From: Phycisphaera mikurensis NBRC 102666
GTDB taxonomy: Bacteria > Planctomycetota > Phycisphaerae > Phycisphaerales > Phycisphaeraceae
Assembly: GCF_000284115.1 (NCBI RefSeq)
Contig: NC_017080.1
Location: forward strand, 1,800,001-1,832,000
Reading direction: 5' to 3'
Length of the DNA: 32,000 bases
Part shown: positions 1-11,089 of the stretch, piece by piece
Numbering within the stretch: the first letter of the stretch is position 1
Layout: the number at the start of each line of letters is the position of its first letter
The notes under the pieces: generated by a model
The model's input: only the letters and a program-made list of their open reading frames with translations
Databases searched by the model: none
Told to the model about the DNA's origin: nothing
Made by a program: the position numbers and the translations under genes

Positions 1-897
1 GGGGAGGCCACGCCCTGGCGGGCCGCCGAGGGCGTGGAGGCCTGGGTGCTGCCCGGCGGCACGTTGGTGGTCCGGGCCGCGGCGGGCGGGCCGGTGGGCG
101 CGGCGCTCGCGCTGGGGGAGGCGCCCGCAGCGGTCGTCGAGGACGTCTGGGGCAACCGCTGGAAGCCGGCCGGCGCGACCGCGAGCACTGCCGAGGTCCG
201 CGTGGGGCGGAGCCCGCTGCGGGTCACCGGCCTGCCGCCGGGGCCGCTGGGCATGCGGGCGAGCTTCGGGATCGACCGCCCGCTGCTGGAGGCGACGCCG
301 CGGCCCCAGCCACGCGTGCTGGTGCTGCGGAACCCGCACGACGCGGCGATCCGCGGCGAGCTGCGTGTCCGCACCCCGCCGGGGTGGACGGTCCGGCCGA
401 CGCGGATCCCGCTGAACCTCGCCCCCGGCGCCACCGCCTCGCTGCCGGTGGAGCTGCAGGTCGCTCCGCACGCCCAGACCGGGACCGTCTTGCTTGATGC
501 CGAGGCGGTTTACGACCTGCAGGGCCCGCGCACCGTCTCGCTGCGAACGCCGCTGACGCTGGGCGTTCCCGGGCTCCGGCTGCAGGCGAGCGTCGCCGAG
601 GCCGCGCCACGCGGCAGCGGCGACCTTCTGGCGACGTGCGTCGCCTTCAACGACGGCGACACCGCCGCCGCCCTCACCGTGTTCGCGCAGGTCGCCGGCC
701 AGCCTTACAGCGAGCGTCTGGCCCCGCAGGTGGAGCCGGGCGGCTTCGCGGTCTTCCGGTTCCGCTTCGCCGGCGCGGCCGAGGAGGCCACCCGCTCGCC
801 GGTCCTCTGCGGGGTGAGACGCAGCGGCAACCCCGGAGCGCTCAACCGGCACCTCCTCCTCAAGCCGGCGGCCGGACGCGGGTCGGAGCGGGACTGA
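1..897 (+). CDS. Partial CDS (5' end outside window), hypothetical protein with a C-terminal beta-sandwich/NEW3-like region
   Basis: Frame 1 is open from base 1 (GEATPWRAAEGVEAW...) to TGA at 895-897. The motif 'RTPPGWTVRPTRIPLNLAPGATASLPVELQV' resembles extracellular NEW3/CARDB-like domains. The annotated start at 34 is a GTG and probably internal. Confidence 0.6.
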   Translation, partial: GEATPWRAAEGVEAWVLPGGTLVVRAAAGGPVGAALALGEAPAAVVEDVWGNRWKPAGATASTAEVRVGRSPLRVTGLPPGPLGMRASFGIDRPLLEATPRPQPRVLVLRNPHDAAIRGELRVRTPPGWTVRPTRIPLNLAPGATASLPVELQVAPHAQTGTVLLDAEAVYDLQGPRTVSLRTPLTLGVPGLRLQASVAEAAPRGSGDLLATCVAFNDGDTAAALTVFAQVAGQPYSERLAPQVEPGGFAVFRFRFAGAAEEATRSPVLCGVRRSGNPGALNRHLLLKPAAGRGSERD

Positions 898-1090
898 CCA
901 CGCCGCCAGCGGCCCAAGAGCAGAGCCGCTTCCCGGGCAGCGCTCCGCTGATCGCGAAGAGCACATAAGCACGAAGTGCCGCGCCTCGATCACCCGATGC
1001 GCGCCCGCTCGTCATCCCTTGCGAAAGCAAAGCAGGCCGTCGCAACATGCAACGCAACAGCGGCCGAGCGTTCTCCAACCCGATCTGCCC

Positions 1091-1124
1091 CTCTTCGCGG
1101 CTTCGTGCCTTCGCGCCCTTCGCG
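1091..1124. repeat. Short degenerate TTCGCG/CTTCG-rich tandem tract
   Basis: Sequence 'ctcttcgcggcttcgtgccttcgcgcccttcgcg'. On the minus strand it reads CGCGAAGGGCGCGAAGGCACGAAGCCGCGAAGAG. Confidence 0.5.
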
Positions 1125-1219
1125 ATGGAGCGCAGCGTCCACCCGGGAGCAACAGAACAAGCTCCGACCCCGTCGCAAGCTCCTGTAAGGATTCCTCCCG
1201 GGCGGAGCCCCGATGCGGT

Positions 1220-3442
1220 TCAGGATCCGCCGAGCGCCGCCGCCTCGACCCGCCGCGTCTTGAGCAGCAGCAGCGCGGCCTCCAGCTGCGGGTCCAGCCC
1301 GAGGTCCAGCAGGTCCTCGGGCTGGAGACCCGGCACCTCCACCCGCTCCCGCGCTCCCTCGTCCTGCGGGTCGAGCGGGTCGAGGCCGACGCGTTGCACG
1401 GCCGGATGGCTGCGGGTGAGCAGCGGCGGCGCGGCACCGGGTCCGCGGAGCACGTCGAGCTCCTGGCGCAGCTCGACGCCCCAGGCGACGAACTGGTCGG
1501 GCACGGGGATCTCGATCGTCGGATCGATCCCCCACCGGTCCGCTCCCGGGGCCCGGTGGATCACGGCGCCGCCGGGGAGGCGGTAGTGGTGGGTCGTCAC
1601 CTTCATGCCCCAACGCGGCGGCCGGGTCGATCGCTCGCCGGGGTTCCAGAAGACGTTCTGCACCGAGCCCTTCCCGTAGGTCCGCTCGCCGACGACGGCG
1701 GCGCGGCCGGTGTCGCCGAGGATGCCGGCGACGATCTCCGCCGCCGAGGCCGAGCCCCGGTTGACGAGCACCGCCAGCGGCAGCTCGGTGTCGGTGCCGC
1801 GTCGGCGGGCCTGGTACTTGTCGCGGACGTTGCCGGCGGCGTCGATGGTCTCGACCAGAGGCCCGTCGTCGACGAAGAGGTCGGCGATCTCGATCGCGGA
1901 GCCGAGGAGGCCGCCGGGGTTGAAGCGGAGGTCCAGGATCAGGCCGTGCAGGCTGCCGTCGGCCCGGAGGCCCTCCAAACCGGCTTTCAGGTCGTCCGCC
2001 GTTTGCGGGAGAAACTGCGTGAGCCGCACGTAGCCGATGCCGGCGGCGGCGTCGATCCAATGGCTCCACCCCGCCTCGACGCCGGCCTCGGCGGGGAGCA
2101 ACGACCAGCCCTGCACGGAGTCCAGATCGATGCGGCTGCGGACGATCGACACGTCGCGGACCTCTTCTTCGCCCTCCCGGCGGACGCCGAGCACGACGCG
2201 CGTTCCCTCCGGGCCGGTGATGGCGCGGACGGCGCGAGCCAGCGTCCAGCCGGCGGTCGACCGCCCGTCGACGCTGACGATCTGGTCGCCGGCTTGCAGG
2301 CCCGCGTCCGCTGCGGGGGTGTTGGCCAAGGGGCTGGAGACGGTGAGGGCGAGGTCGCGGAGCGAGATCCGGATCCCGACCCCGAAGAAGGCGCCCTGCG
2401 TCGCCCGCCGCAGCTCGTCGAGGTCGGCGGGCCAGTACATGCCGGTGAACGGATCCAGCGACGCGAGGGCCCCGTCGGCGAACTCGTGGACGCTGACGCT
2501 CTCGGGCACGAGGCCGTCGCCGGCGGCCAGCGCCTCCTCGAGCATCGCCAGCGCTTCGCTCTGCTTCAGGCCCCGGCCCGCCTCCCTCGCCCGCGACTCC
2601 AGCGCCACCAGCTCATCCGCCCACGCCCGCCGCGGCGCCTCGTCGAGAAGGGCGGGAAACTCCACCCGCAGCTCCGGCGTCTCGGCCAGTTGACGCAGCG
2701 CCAGCAGGCCGCCGGCCAGCGCGGGGCCGTAGCCGCCGCGGCCGATGTGCGTCTCCACGGCCCGCTCGAGCGCGGCCGCGGCCATGCCCCGCTCGATCGA
2801 AGCGAGGCGGTCCTGCCAGCGGGGCCCGTCGTCGGCGTCGGGCGGCAGATCGGGCACTTCGCGGCCGAGCCGCCGGTCGCGCTGCCGGACCTGGCGGGCG
2901 AGCTCCAGCGGCCGGTAGAGCCCGACGAGTTCGACGTGGTGGCCCACACGCTCCGCGTCCTCGCGGAAACGCCCGCTCTGTTCGAAGAGCAGGTCGAGCC
3001 GGCCGAAGAGACTGGCGGCGGTCACGAAGTCGGCTCCGGCCTCGGCGGCGCGGGCGGCCGCGTCGAGGCGTTCGACCAGCCGCGAGACCTCCGGCGTCGC
3101 CAGCAGCGCCGCGGGGTCTTCGGCGATGCCGTGTGCCTCGATGACGGCCGCCGCGGCCTCCTCCAGCCGGTCCGCCTCCGCCTGCTCGGTTGCGCGGGCG
3201 AGGGCCCCGGCGAGCGCTTCGGCGACCCAGGCATCGAGCGCCTCGGTGTTGCGGGCGTAGCGGGCCGCCGCCCCGGCGAGGCCGATCCGCTCCGCCACGG
3301 CCGCCCCGCGTGTCTCGTGGAGGGCGACCGTCGCGGCGTCGGACACCGCGTCGGCCCGGGCGGAGCCGGGGGGCGTCGCGGCCGCGAGCAGGAGCGCCGC
3401 GGCGATCGTCCTCGGGCTCGGGCGTGGTCTCCGCATCGGCAA
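1220..3442 (-). CDS. S41 family C-terminal processing peptidase (PDZ plus S41 domain) with signal peptide and long N-terminal region
   Basis: 740 aa. PDZ-like 'ADAGLQAGDQIVSVDGRSTAGWTLARAVRAITGPEGTRVVLGVRR', substrate loop 'GIGYVRLTQF', 'LILDLRFNPGGLL' and catalytic Ser region 'NRGSASAAEIVAGIL'. C-terminus has 'DPQLEAALLLLK'. Confidence 0.93.
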   Translation of the reverse strand: MPMRRPRPSPRTIAAALLLAAATPPGSARADAVSDAATVALHETRGAAVAERIGLAGAAARYARNTEALDAWVAEALAGALARATEQAEADRLEEAAAAVIEAHGIAEDPAALLATPEVSRLVERLDAAARAAEAGADFVTAASLFGRLDLLFEQSGRFREDAERVGHHVELVGLYRPLELARQVRQRDRRLGREVPDLPPDADDGPRWQDRLASIERGMAAAALERAVETHIGRGGYGPALAGGLLALRQLAETPELRVEFPALLDEAPRRAWADELVALESRAREAGRGLKQSEALAMLEEALAAGDGLVPESVSVHEFADGALASLDPFTGMYWPADLDELRRATQGAFFGVGIRISLRDLALTVSSPLANTPAADAGLQAGDQIVSVDGRSTAGWTLARAVRAITGPEGTRVVLGVRREGEEEVRDVSIVRSRIDLDSVQGWSLLPAEAGVEAGWSHWIDAAAGIGYVRLTQFLPQTADDLKAGLEGLRADGSLHGLILDLRFNPGGLLGSAIEIADLFVDDGPLVETIDAAGNVRDKYQARRRGTDTELPLAVLVNRGSASAAEIVAGILGDTGRAAVVGERTYGKGSVQNVFWNPGERSTRPPRWGMKVTTHHYRLPGGAVIHRAPGADRWGIDPTIEIPVPDQFVAWGVELRQELDVLRGPGAAPPLLTRSHPAVQRVGLDPLDPQDEGARERVEVPGLQPEDLLDLGLDPQLEAALLLLKTRRVEAAALGGS

Positions 3443-3478
3443 CCGTAGGAACAGGAACGCCCCGGCGCGTTCGCTGCG

Positions 3479-4834
<1,356 letters not shown>

Positions 4835-5178
4835 CTTTCTCGGGGGCTTTCCGGGGGCGGCTCGTCGGCGAGCCGGGATTGTGGGTGGATCAGCGACCCC
4901 GCCGGGGCGGGCCGCACGCTGACGGGGTCGGGCATCGACCGGATGCCTCCCGGCCTTCAGGCGGGTGGCTCTCCGGGGGGCCCGCCGCTCGGGGGCGTCG
5001 CCATGGTAATGCGCGCCCGGTGCGGAATCGCCCCCCGGGTTACCGGCCGCTGGGGCCTCCGCTCGCGTCCCCCGGGAACCGCGCTCCGGGCCCTTCACCG
5101 GCCGCGTGGCCGACGAAAACTCGCCGCGCACCGCCCGGGGAAGCCCGCCGGCGACGCGGCGGGGGCGCCCGCGGCCCC

Positions 5179-5607
5179 TCAGCCCGGCCCCTCGCGGCGC
5201 GGCTCTTCCTCCTCGGGCTCGTCCCAGAGGATCGTGCCGTCCTCGGGCGGCTCCCGCCGGGCTGCCTCGGCGGCCGGCGGCCGCACGCCGCCGCCGGCGG
5301 TGGGCAGGTCCTCGTCGCCGCGGGTGGCACCCACGAGGCGGTCGCGGGCCACGGCGTACTCCTCCTCGGTCAGCTGCCCGCCGTCGCGCATCGCCCGCAG
5401 GTCCGCCAGCGTGAAGCCGGGGGCGGCACCGCCCTCGGGGGCGTCGGCGTCGCGCCTGAGCCAGAGGCGCAGCACGAAAGCGGCGACGGCCACCACGACG
5501 GCAAGCGCCACCACCCACCCCAGCAGACCGAGCACCTCCCCGATCGCGGGCGGCTTGGCCTGCGAGACGGTCAGGAGAAGCTGAAGCGGCGAACGACGCC
5601 CGGCCAC
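5179..5607 (-). CDS. Small membrane protein with SHOCT-like C-terminal motif
   Basis: One TM segment ([25 protein letters not shown]) followed by '[28 protein letters not shown]'. It begins just after the tig stop. The start is a GTG and could be a little downstream. Confidence 0.7.
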   Translation of the reverse strand: MAGRRSPLQLLLTVSQAKPPAIGEVLGLLGWVVALAVVVAVAAFVLRLWLRRDADAPEGGAAPGFTLADLRAMRDGGQLTEEEYAVARDRLVGATRGDEDLPTAGGGVRPPAAEAARREPPEDGTILWDEPEEEEPRREGPG

Positions 5608-5610
5608 CGG

Positions 5611-7044
5611 TCAGGCTTGCGCGGGAGCGGGAGCGTCGGCGTCGTCCGGCACCACCACGGCCTCGGCCCCGGTGACCGTCGCCGACTCCAGGATGCGGTC
5701 CAGCGTCTTCGCCTCGCGGATCGACAGGTAGAGCTGCTCGATCTCGCCGCGGTTGCCCATCTCCTGGCGCACCTTCTCGAAGCGGGCGTTCTGCTGCTGG
5801 GCGATGGCGTAGATGCGGCCGTTCACCTCGTTCTGGGAGACCTCGATCTCGAGCTGCTTCGCCGCCGCGTCGACGATGAAGAACGCCCGCAGCTGGCGGA
5901 CCGCCTCCTCCTCGGACTCGCCGCGGGCCTCGGCGAGCTCGTCGCCGATCTCGTCCTCGGCCTTGCCGCCCATGAGCAGCTGCATCCGGCGGCGCTGGTG
6001 GTTCCGCTCGATCTGGCGGTCCTTGAGGCCGTCGGGCAGCTCCAGCTGGACCTTTTCGAGGAGCTGGTCCGCGAGCTGCTTGTGCAGGGCCTGCCGCTGC
6101 TCACCCGCGGCCCGCTCCAGGAGCATCTTGCGGACCTCCTCGCGAAGCTTCGCCTCGTCCTCCATGCCCACCCGCTCCACGAGCGCCGACATCTCGATCG
6201 GCTGCATGCGGTCGACCCGGTCGATCGTCATCACGAGCGTGACGGGCTGGTCGCGGATCGCCGCGTTCTCGTGGCTCGCCGGGCCCTGCATGGAGATCCG
6301 CTCGACGTGGCCGGCCCGCTTGCCGACCAGCCGCGTGCCCATGTCCGGCACGACGATGCCGGCGATGTGGCCCTTGAAGCCCTTGTCTTCGCCGTGCAGC
6401 AGCGTGTAGGCGCCCGGCACCTCCGCGACGACCTCGGCTCCGTCGTCGGCGTCTTCACCCGCGAGCACCCGCAGGTCCGAGCGGACGTAGTCGCCCTCCT
6501 GCGTCGTGAAGTCCTCGACCTCCTCCATGCTGCCGAAACGCTCCGCCAGCTTCCCGATCTCCTCCTCGACGGCGTCGTCGGTCACCGGCGCCTCCGGCCG
6601 CTCGACCGAGAGCGACGAGAACTCGGGCAGGCTGACGTCGGGGGTGACCTCGACGTCGATGGTGAAGCTGAAGTCGCCGCTGTCGGGCAGCTCCAGCGTC
6701 TCGGCGTCGCGCACCTCGGGCTCGCCGAGCACGTCGAGCTCGTGTTCCTCGACGGCCTTGCCGTAGGCCTCGGAGATGATCTGCTGCTTCACGTCGCCGC
6801 GGATGCTGCTGGCGAACTTGCGCTCGAGCAGCTTGCGGGGCGCGCGGCCTTTGCGGAAGCCGGGCAGCACCGCGTCCTCCGCGAGCGTGCCGTAGGTCTC
6901 CTCGATCTTCCGCTTCACCTCGTCCTGCGACACCGTGAAGACCATCGTCTTACGGGCCGGGCCGGAGTCCTCCAGCTTGAGGTCGGCGCGGACGGTGTCG
7001 TCGGTTTCGGTTTCGGGGGCGTCGGCAACGGCGGATTCGGACAT
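5611..7044 (-). CDS. tig: Trigger factor (ribosome-associated peptidyl-prolyl isomerase)
   Basis: 477 aa. Ribosome-binding-like signature '[19 protein letters not shown]', an FKBP-like middle domain '[12 protein letters not shown]...FKGHIAGI' and a helical C-terminus. Confidence 0.95.
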   Translation of the reverse strand: MSESAVADAPETETDDTVRADLKLEDSGPARKTMVFTVSQDEVKRKIEETYGTLAEDAVLPGFRKGRAPRKLLERKFASSIRGDVKQQIISEAYGKAVEEHELDVLGEPEVRDAETLELPDSGDFSFTIDVEVTPDVSLPEFSSLSVERPEAPVTDDAVEEEIGKLAERFGSMEEVEDFTTQEGDYVRSDLRVLAGEDADDGAEVVAEVPGAYTLLHGEDKGFKGHIAGIVVPDMGTRLVGKRAGHVERISMQGPASHENAAIRDQPVTLVMTIDRVDRMQPIEMSALVERVGMEDEAKLREEVRKMLLERAAGEQRQALHKQLADQLLEKVQLELPDGLKDRQIERNHQRRRMQLLMGGKAEDEIGDELAEARGESEEEAVRQLRAFFIVDAAAKQLEIEVSQNEVNGRIYAIAQQQNARFEKVRQEMGNRGEIEQLYLSIREAKTLDRILESATVTGAEAVVVPDDADAPAPAQA

Positions 7045-7122
7045 AGCGGTTCTTCGGGTCCTTGGGTGGAGGAGCGCCGTCGGCGGCGCAGCCCCTCATG
7101 ATCGGCGCCCCGGCCGGAAACG

Positions 7123-8697
7123 TCAAGCCGACGCCGCCGGGAGACTCCCGGCGGCCGCCTGCAGCGTCATCAGCCGCTCACGCAGCAGCGCCCGGTCGAT
7201 CGCCAGCGGCAGGGCGCCGTCGGTCGCGTCGGCGAGGGCCTCGGCCTCGGCGAGGACGCGTTCGCGGCGGCCGGCGCCGCGGACCGAGAGGGCGAGGTCG
7301 CCGAACGCGTTCATCAGGTGCAGCGCCGCGTTGCGGTCCGCGGCCACGTAGGGCCGCAGCTGATCGCAGGCGAGCCCGAGCGCCTCCTCGAAGGAGATGG
7401 ACACCGCGAGCACCCGCAGCACCCCGTCCTCGTCGAGGCGGCGTGGCTCCAGCGGCTCGCGCTCGCCCAGCGCCGCGAGGCCGCTGCGGAGCCAGTCGAT
7501 GGCGGTCACCGCGGTGAAGGGATCGTTGATGCCCGGGGAGACCGCCCGCGCCGCGATCTCGACCAGCTCGTCCACGAGGAAGCGCAGGTCCTGGTGGTGC
7601 GTCTTCTCGCTGCCCAGCGACAGCAGGCCCTGGAGCCGCCCCGTGAGAGGGTCGGGCTCCGCCTCGCCGCCGAAGACGCCGCGGATCCGCGCCACCGGCC
7701 TAGCTTCCGCGTCGGCGGATTCGGGCGCCGGCCCGCCGCCGGGGCCGAAGCGTTCCGGCGGCCAAGCCTTCAGCACCGGCTGCCCCTCCGCGACGAAGTC
7801 TCCGGGCCGCCGCAGCAGCTCCACGACCAGGCCGTGCTCGCGGCAGAGCTTCATCAGCCGCTCGTCGTCGATCGCGCGGATGTAGCCGCTGCGGGGTGAG
7901 CCCACGAGCCGGCCCTGCTCGCCGAAGGCCGCGGGGAGCCGGTCGCGTTCGCCGGCCTCCGGCGCCGGCTCTTCGGGCCGGCCCTCGCCGATGCGGCCGG
8001 GGAAGCGTTCCTCCACCCCCTCGAGCAGGTCCCGCCCGATCCCGGCGGTGATGTTCTGCGCGTTGATGCTCTCGGGCACGTGGTGGATGAAGTAGATCAG
8101 CACCGCCGTCGAGGCGATCGCGAGCCCCAGCGCCACCAGCACCGAGACCTGCGGCACGAACGAGCTCACCGCGAAATCGGCGTTGTCGTCGGAGCCGCCG
8201 CGGACCGTCCGCAGGATCATCAGCGCGTAGAGGAAGGTCGCGATGAAGGTGCCCAGGGTGTACTGATTGCCCCGGTCGCGCATGAAGTTGGTCATCAGCC
8301 GCGGGCCCAGCTGGCCGGCGGCGTAGGAGACCGACGCGATCGTCATCGAGAAGGTGACGCCCGCGACCGTGATCATGGAGCCCGCGATCGTGGACAGCAC
8401 CGCCCGTGCCCCGTCCGGCCGGTTCGTGTACGCCCAGAGGTGATCGGCGAAGACCTCCGAGCCGACCTCCGCGTCGATCCACAGCGTCAGGAGCGAGGCG
8501 GCCACGGCCGCGACGGCCATCCAGGCCGGCACGAACCAGTAGGTGGAGCGGAGGCTGCGGACGGAGTCGAAGAGGGCGGCGTGGATGCGGGCGGTTCCTA
8601 GAGGGGCCTCGGACGCTACGCGGACGCGCCCGCCGCCGCCGCCGCCGCCGCCGCCGCTCGTGGCCGCCGGCGATGCGTCGCCGGCGGGGGGCGGCAT
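7123..8697 (-). CDS. DUF2254 family predicted membrane protein
   Basis: Contains 'STIAGSMITVAGVTFSMTIASVSYAAGQLGPRLMTNFMRDRGNQYTLGTFIATFLYAL' and 'DLRFLVDELVEIAARAVSPGINDPFTAVTAIDWL', both typical of DUF2254/COG4325. The start is placed at 'MPPPAGDASPAA'. Confidence 0.88.
   Translation of the reverse strand: MPPPAGDASPAATSGGGGGGGGGRVRVASEAPLGTARIHAALFDSVRSLRSTYWFVPAWMAVAAVAASLLTLWIDAEVGSEVFADHLWAYTNRPDGARAVLSTIAGSMITVAGVTFSMTIASVSYAAGQLGPRLMTNFMRDRGNQYTLGTFIATFLYALMILRTVRGGSDDNADFAVSSFVPQVSVLVALGLAIASTAVLIYFIHHVPESINAQNITAGIGRDLLEGVEERFPGRIGEGRPEEPAPEAGERDRLPAAFGEQGRLVGSPRSGYIRAIDDERLMKLCREHGLVVELLRRPGDFVAEGQPVLKAWPPERFGPGGGPAPESADAEARPVARIRGVFGGEAEPDPLTGRLQGLLSLGSEKTHHQDLRFLVDELVEIAARAVSPGINDPFTAVTAIDWLRSGLAALGEREPLEPRRLDEDGVLRVLAVSISFEEALGLACDQLRPYVAADRNAALHLMNAFGDLALSVRGAGRRERVLAEAEALADATDGALPLAIDRALLRERLMTLQAAAGSLPAASA
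8630..8656. repeat. (CCG)9 trinucleotide microsatellite encoding a poly-Gly run
   Basis: Nine uninterrupted CCG units. On the minus strand they encode GGGGGGGGG near the DUF2254 protein N-terminus. Confidence 0.9.
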
Positions 8698-8705
8698 CAC
8701 GTGCT

Positions 8706-8753
8706 GCCGCGGACCGTCCCGTCCGGTCACGCTCCGGGCCGCCGGTCCGCGGC
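8706..8753. repeat. Inverted repeat, 10-bp arms with CCGCGGACC core
   Basis: gccgcggacc (8706-8715) and ggtccgcggc (8744-8753) are perfect reverse complements with a 28-nt spacer. Confidence 0.45.
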
Positions 8754-10967
8754 CTCGGCGGCCGGCGGCGCGGGTGCCCCCCGCCGGGCTTCCGCCGGCC
8801 GCAACGGGCGGGAGCGGCGGCGTGCGCCGTGCAGCGCGGCGGTCGTGCGGAGCGCCGCCGGCCCTCCCCAGGGGTCGCGGAAGGCGAGGTAGCCGGCCTC
8901 CGGAGGACCGCCGCCCTCGGGGTTGCCCCCGCTCGCGGATCCCGGCTCGCTCTCTCTCCTGAGCACGTGGAACCCGGAAGCGTGCAGCGGCGCCAGCCAG
9001 GCCGCCGAGAAGCGGTCGAGGACCGGGTCGACGTCTTCGTCCCGCGCCAGGGCGAGCACGTCCTCCAGCAGCCGGACGGGCTCGGCGTCCGGCGTCAGCA
9101 CCGGGTCGCCGACGAGGACGATCGCGTCGCCTCGGCGCTGGTACCGCAGCAGGCCGGCGGCGTCCGCGGCGGCCGCGGCGTCCCCGCTGAAGCGGTCCGC
9201 GGCCGCGCGCTCGGCCGGTCGCCAGAACCAGACCGCCAGCGAGGGGTCTTCGCGCGCCGCAGCCGCAGCCGCAGCCGAGCCGCCGTCCGCGGCGCGATCC
9301 CGGCAGAAGCCGGCGGCGGCGGCCAAGGCCTCGCCGTCGGGCTCCACCCGGGGGTCCACCGGGCGCAGCGCCTCGCGTGCGATCAGCACGAGGCCGGCGA
9401 GCACGGCCGCCGCGAAGGCCCGCGTGAACCGGGCCCCCTCCGCCCCCGCGGTGAAGCCCGTGAACGCGGAACCGCCGCCGTCGGGGAACCGGTGGGCGAG
9501 GAAGCCGACGCCGCCGAGCGTGCCGACGCCCAGCAGGACCGCCGCGAGCGTGAGGTGCCAGCCGATCGGCACCCGGCCCCGGCGGTGGAACGCCCGGCGG
9601 GCGGGGAGCAGGAGCACCAGCAACGCCGAAGCGGCGAGGGCTTCCTCGACGTCCAGGCCCTTGCCGACGTGCGCCACCGCCGAGCCGACGAGGCCCAGGC
9701 ACGCCCAGCCCCAAGCGGCGCGGTACCCGCGGATCAGCCCACGCACCAGCGCGAGCATCAGCAGGGCCAGGACGCCGGCCGCGGCGTGGCTGACCTCCAG
9801 GACCGGCAGGGGCAGCGCCCGGCCGAGGGTGCCGATGCGGCCCGCCGCGGCGGGGGTCGCGACGCTGAGCAGCAGGAGGGCGGCGAGCACCCCGAGCCCG
9901 CCGGCGAGAACCCGCCGCTGCCAGCGCAGTGCCCGCTCCCCGGAGCGGCCCAGGAGGGCGTAGAAGATCGTCAGCGCCACCGCCCAGGGCAGCAGGTAGA
10001 AGACCGCGCGGAACACGACGACGGCCGCGGCGGCCCGCTCCTCGCCCGCGCCGCCCGCCGCGAGCATCTTCAGCCACACGGCGTCGGCGCTGCCCAGCCC
10101 CCCGGGCACGAGGCTGACGAAGCCCACCGCGTGCCCGCAGAGCGTGATCCGAGCCGCCCGCGCGACGCCGAGATCCAGGCCGACCGCCCGCGCCGCGAGC
10201 ACGAAAGCGAAGATCGTGAGGCCCCAGTCCAGGAAGGAGACGACCGCGAGCCGGGGCATCCTCGAAGGAGACAGCGAGCCGGTCGCGGCCCAGGCGTGCC
10301 CGCGGCCGAGCCGCCGCACCAGCGAGCCGCCGGCCGCCGTGAACGCGAGCGAGAGCGCAAGAGCGAGCGGGACCACCAGCCACGGGCTCGTCGCCGGCTC
10401 GGCGGGCCGGGCGACCCAGGCGGCGGCCACCCACGCCACCATCCCCGCGAAGATGCCGGTGTAGTGCGCGACGAAGCCGCCGGAGAGCTGCGTCGGGCTC
10501 ATGCCCGCCCGCCGGTAGAGGTACACGCGGATCGCGGGACCGATCGGCCCGAGCGTGATCAGGTTCGACCACCCGAAGATCGCCGCACCGAAGAGCCAGC
10601 GTCGCCTCCACCGCAGCGTCGGCGTCGGCGGGAAGACCACCACGTCGTAGAGCCCCATCGCCGCGACCGCCGCGAGCGCCGCGAGCGCGGCCGCGAGCAG
10701 CAGCGGCCGATCCGCGGCCGCGACGCTCGCGTGCAGGCCGGCGTAGTCGATCCCCCGAAGCGTGCCCCAAACCACCGCCAGCACCGTCACCGGGACCGCC
10801 ACCGCGAGCACCGCCCGGAGCACCGGCCACGCCCGCAGCGCCGCCTCCCGCCAGGCGGGCGGCCGCGCCGCCTCCGCGGTGCCGGTGTCGGGGTCTCGCG
10901 GGGGCAACCGACCCGTTCTACCGACCCGCGGCTCGCTCGAGGCGCCGCGGGTCCGCCCCGGCCGCAT
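8727..10967 (-). CDS. MprF-like lysylphosphatidylglycerol flippase with shortened C-terminal DUF2156-like domain
   Basis: 746 aa. Multi-TM N-terminal half with 'GAAIFGWSNLITLGPIGPAIRVYLYRRAG' and 'GHAVGFVSLVPGGLGSADAVWL'. Cytosolic part is 'SLAVWFW...GLLRYQRRGDAIVLVGDPVL'. Confidence 0.85.
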   Translation of the reverse strand: MRPGRTRGASSEPRVGRTGRLPPRDPDTGTAEAARPPAWREAALRAWPVLRAVLAVAVPVTVLAVVWGTLRGIDYAGLHASVAAADRPLLLAAALAALAAVAAMGLYDVVVFPPTPTLRWRRRWLFGAAIFGWSNLITLGPIGPAIRVYLYRRAGMSPTQLSGGFVAHYTGIFAGMVAWVAAAWVARPAEPATSPWLVVPLALALSLAFTAAGGSLVRRLGRGHAWAATGSLSPSRMPRLAVVSFLDWGLTIFAFVLAARAVGLDLGVARAARITLCGHAVGFVSLVPGGLGSADAVWLKMLAAGGAGEERAAAAVVVFRAVFYLLPWAVALTIFYALLGRSGERALRWQRRVLAGGLGVLAALLLLSVATPAAAGRIGTLGRALPLPVLEVSHAAAGVLALLMLALVRGLIRGYRAAWGWACLGLVGSAVAHVGKGLDVEEALAASALLVLLLPARRAFHRRGRVPIGWHLTLAAVLLGVGTLGGVGFLAHRFPDGGGSAFTGFTAGAEGARFTRAFAAAVLAGLVLIAREALRPVDPRVEPDGEALAAAAGFCRDRAADGGSAAAAAAAREDPSLAVWFWRPAERAAADRFSGDAAAAADAAGLLRYQRRGDAIVLVGDPVLTPDAEPVRLLEDVLALARDEDVDPVLDRFSAAWLAPLHASGFHVLRRESEPGSASGGNPEGGGPPEAGYLAFRDPWGGPAALRTTAALHGARRRSRPLRPAEARRGAPAPPAAEAADRRPGA

Positions 10968-11041
10968 CCCCCGGCGGGCACGGCGCGGGGCTCCGTCGCC
11001 CCGGGTGGCCGCGAGCCGGGCTCGCGCATAGGTTCCGGCGC

Positions 11042-11059
11042 CCGGCGGGAGCCCGCCGG
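11042..11059. repeat. Short GC hairpin (8-bp arms, 2-nt loop) upstream of the lipoprotein gene
   Basis: CCGGCGGG AG CCCGCCGG. Confidence 0.4.
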
Positions 11060-11089
11060 CTTCACCCCCCCCAACCGGAACATCAGACC

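Noticed and set aside
4835-5178. Possible clpP remnant between clpX and the SHOCT protein
   Set aside because: I looked for ClpP-like motifs in the supplied frames and saw none. I cannot support a pseudogene call without a profile search.
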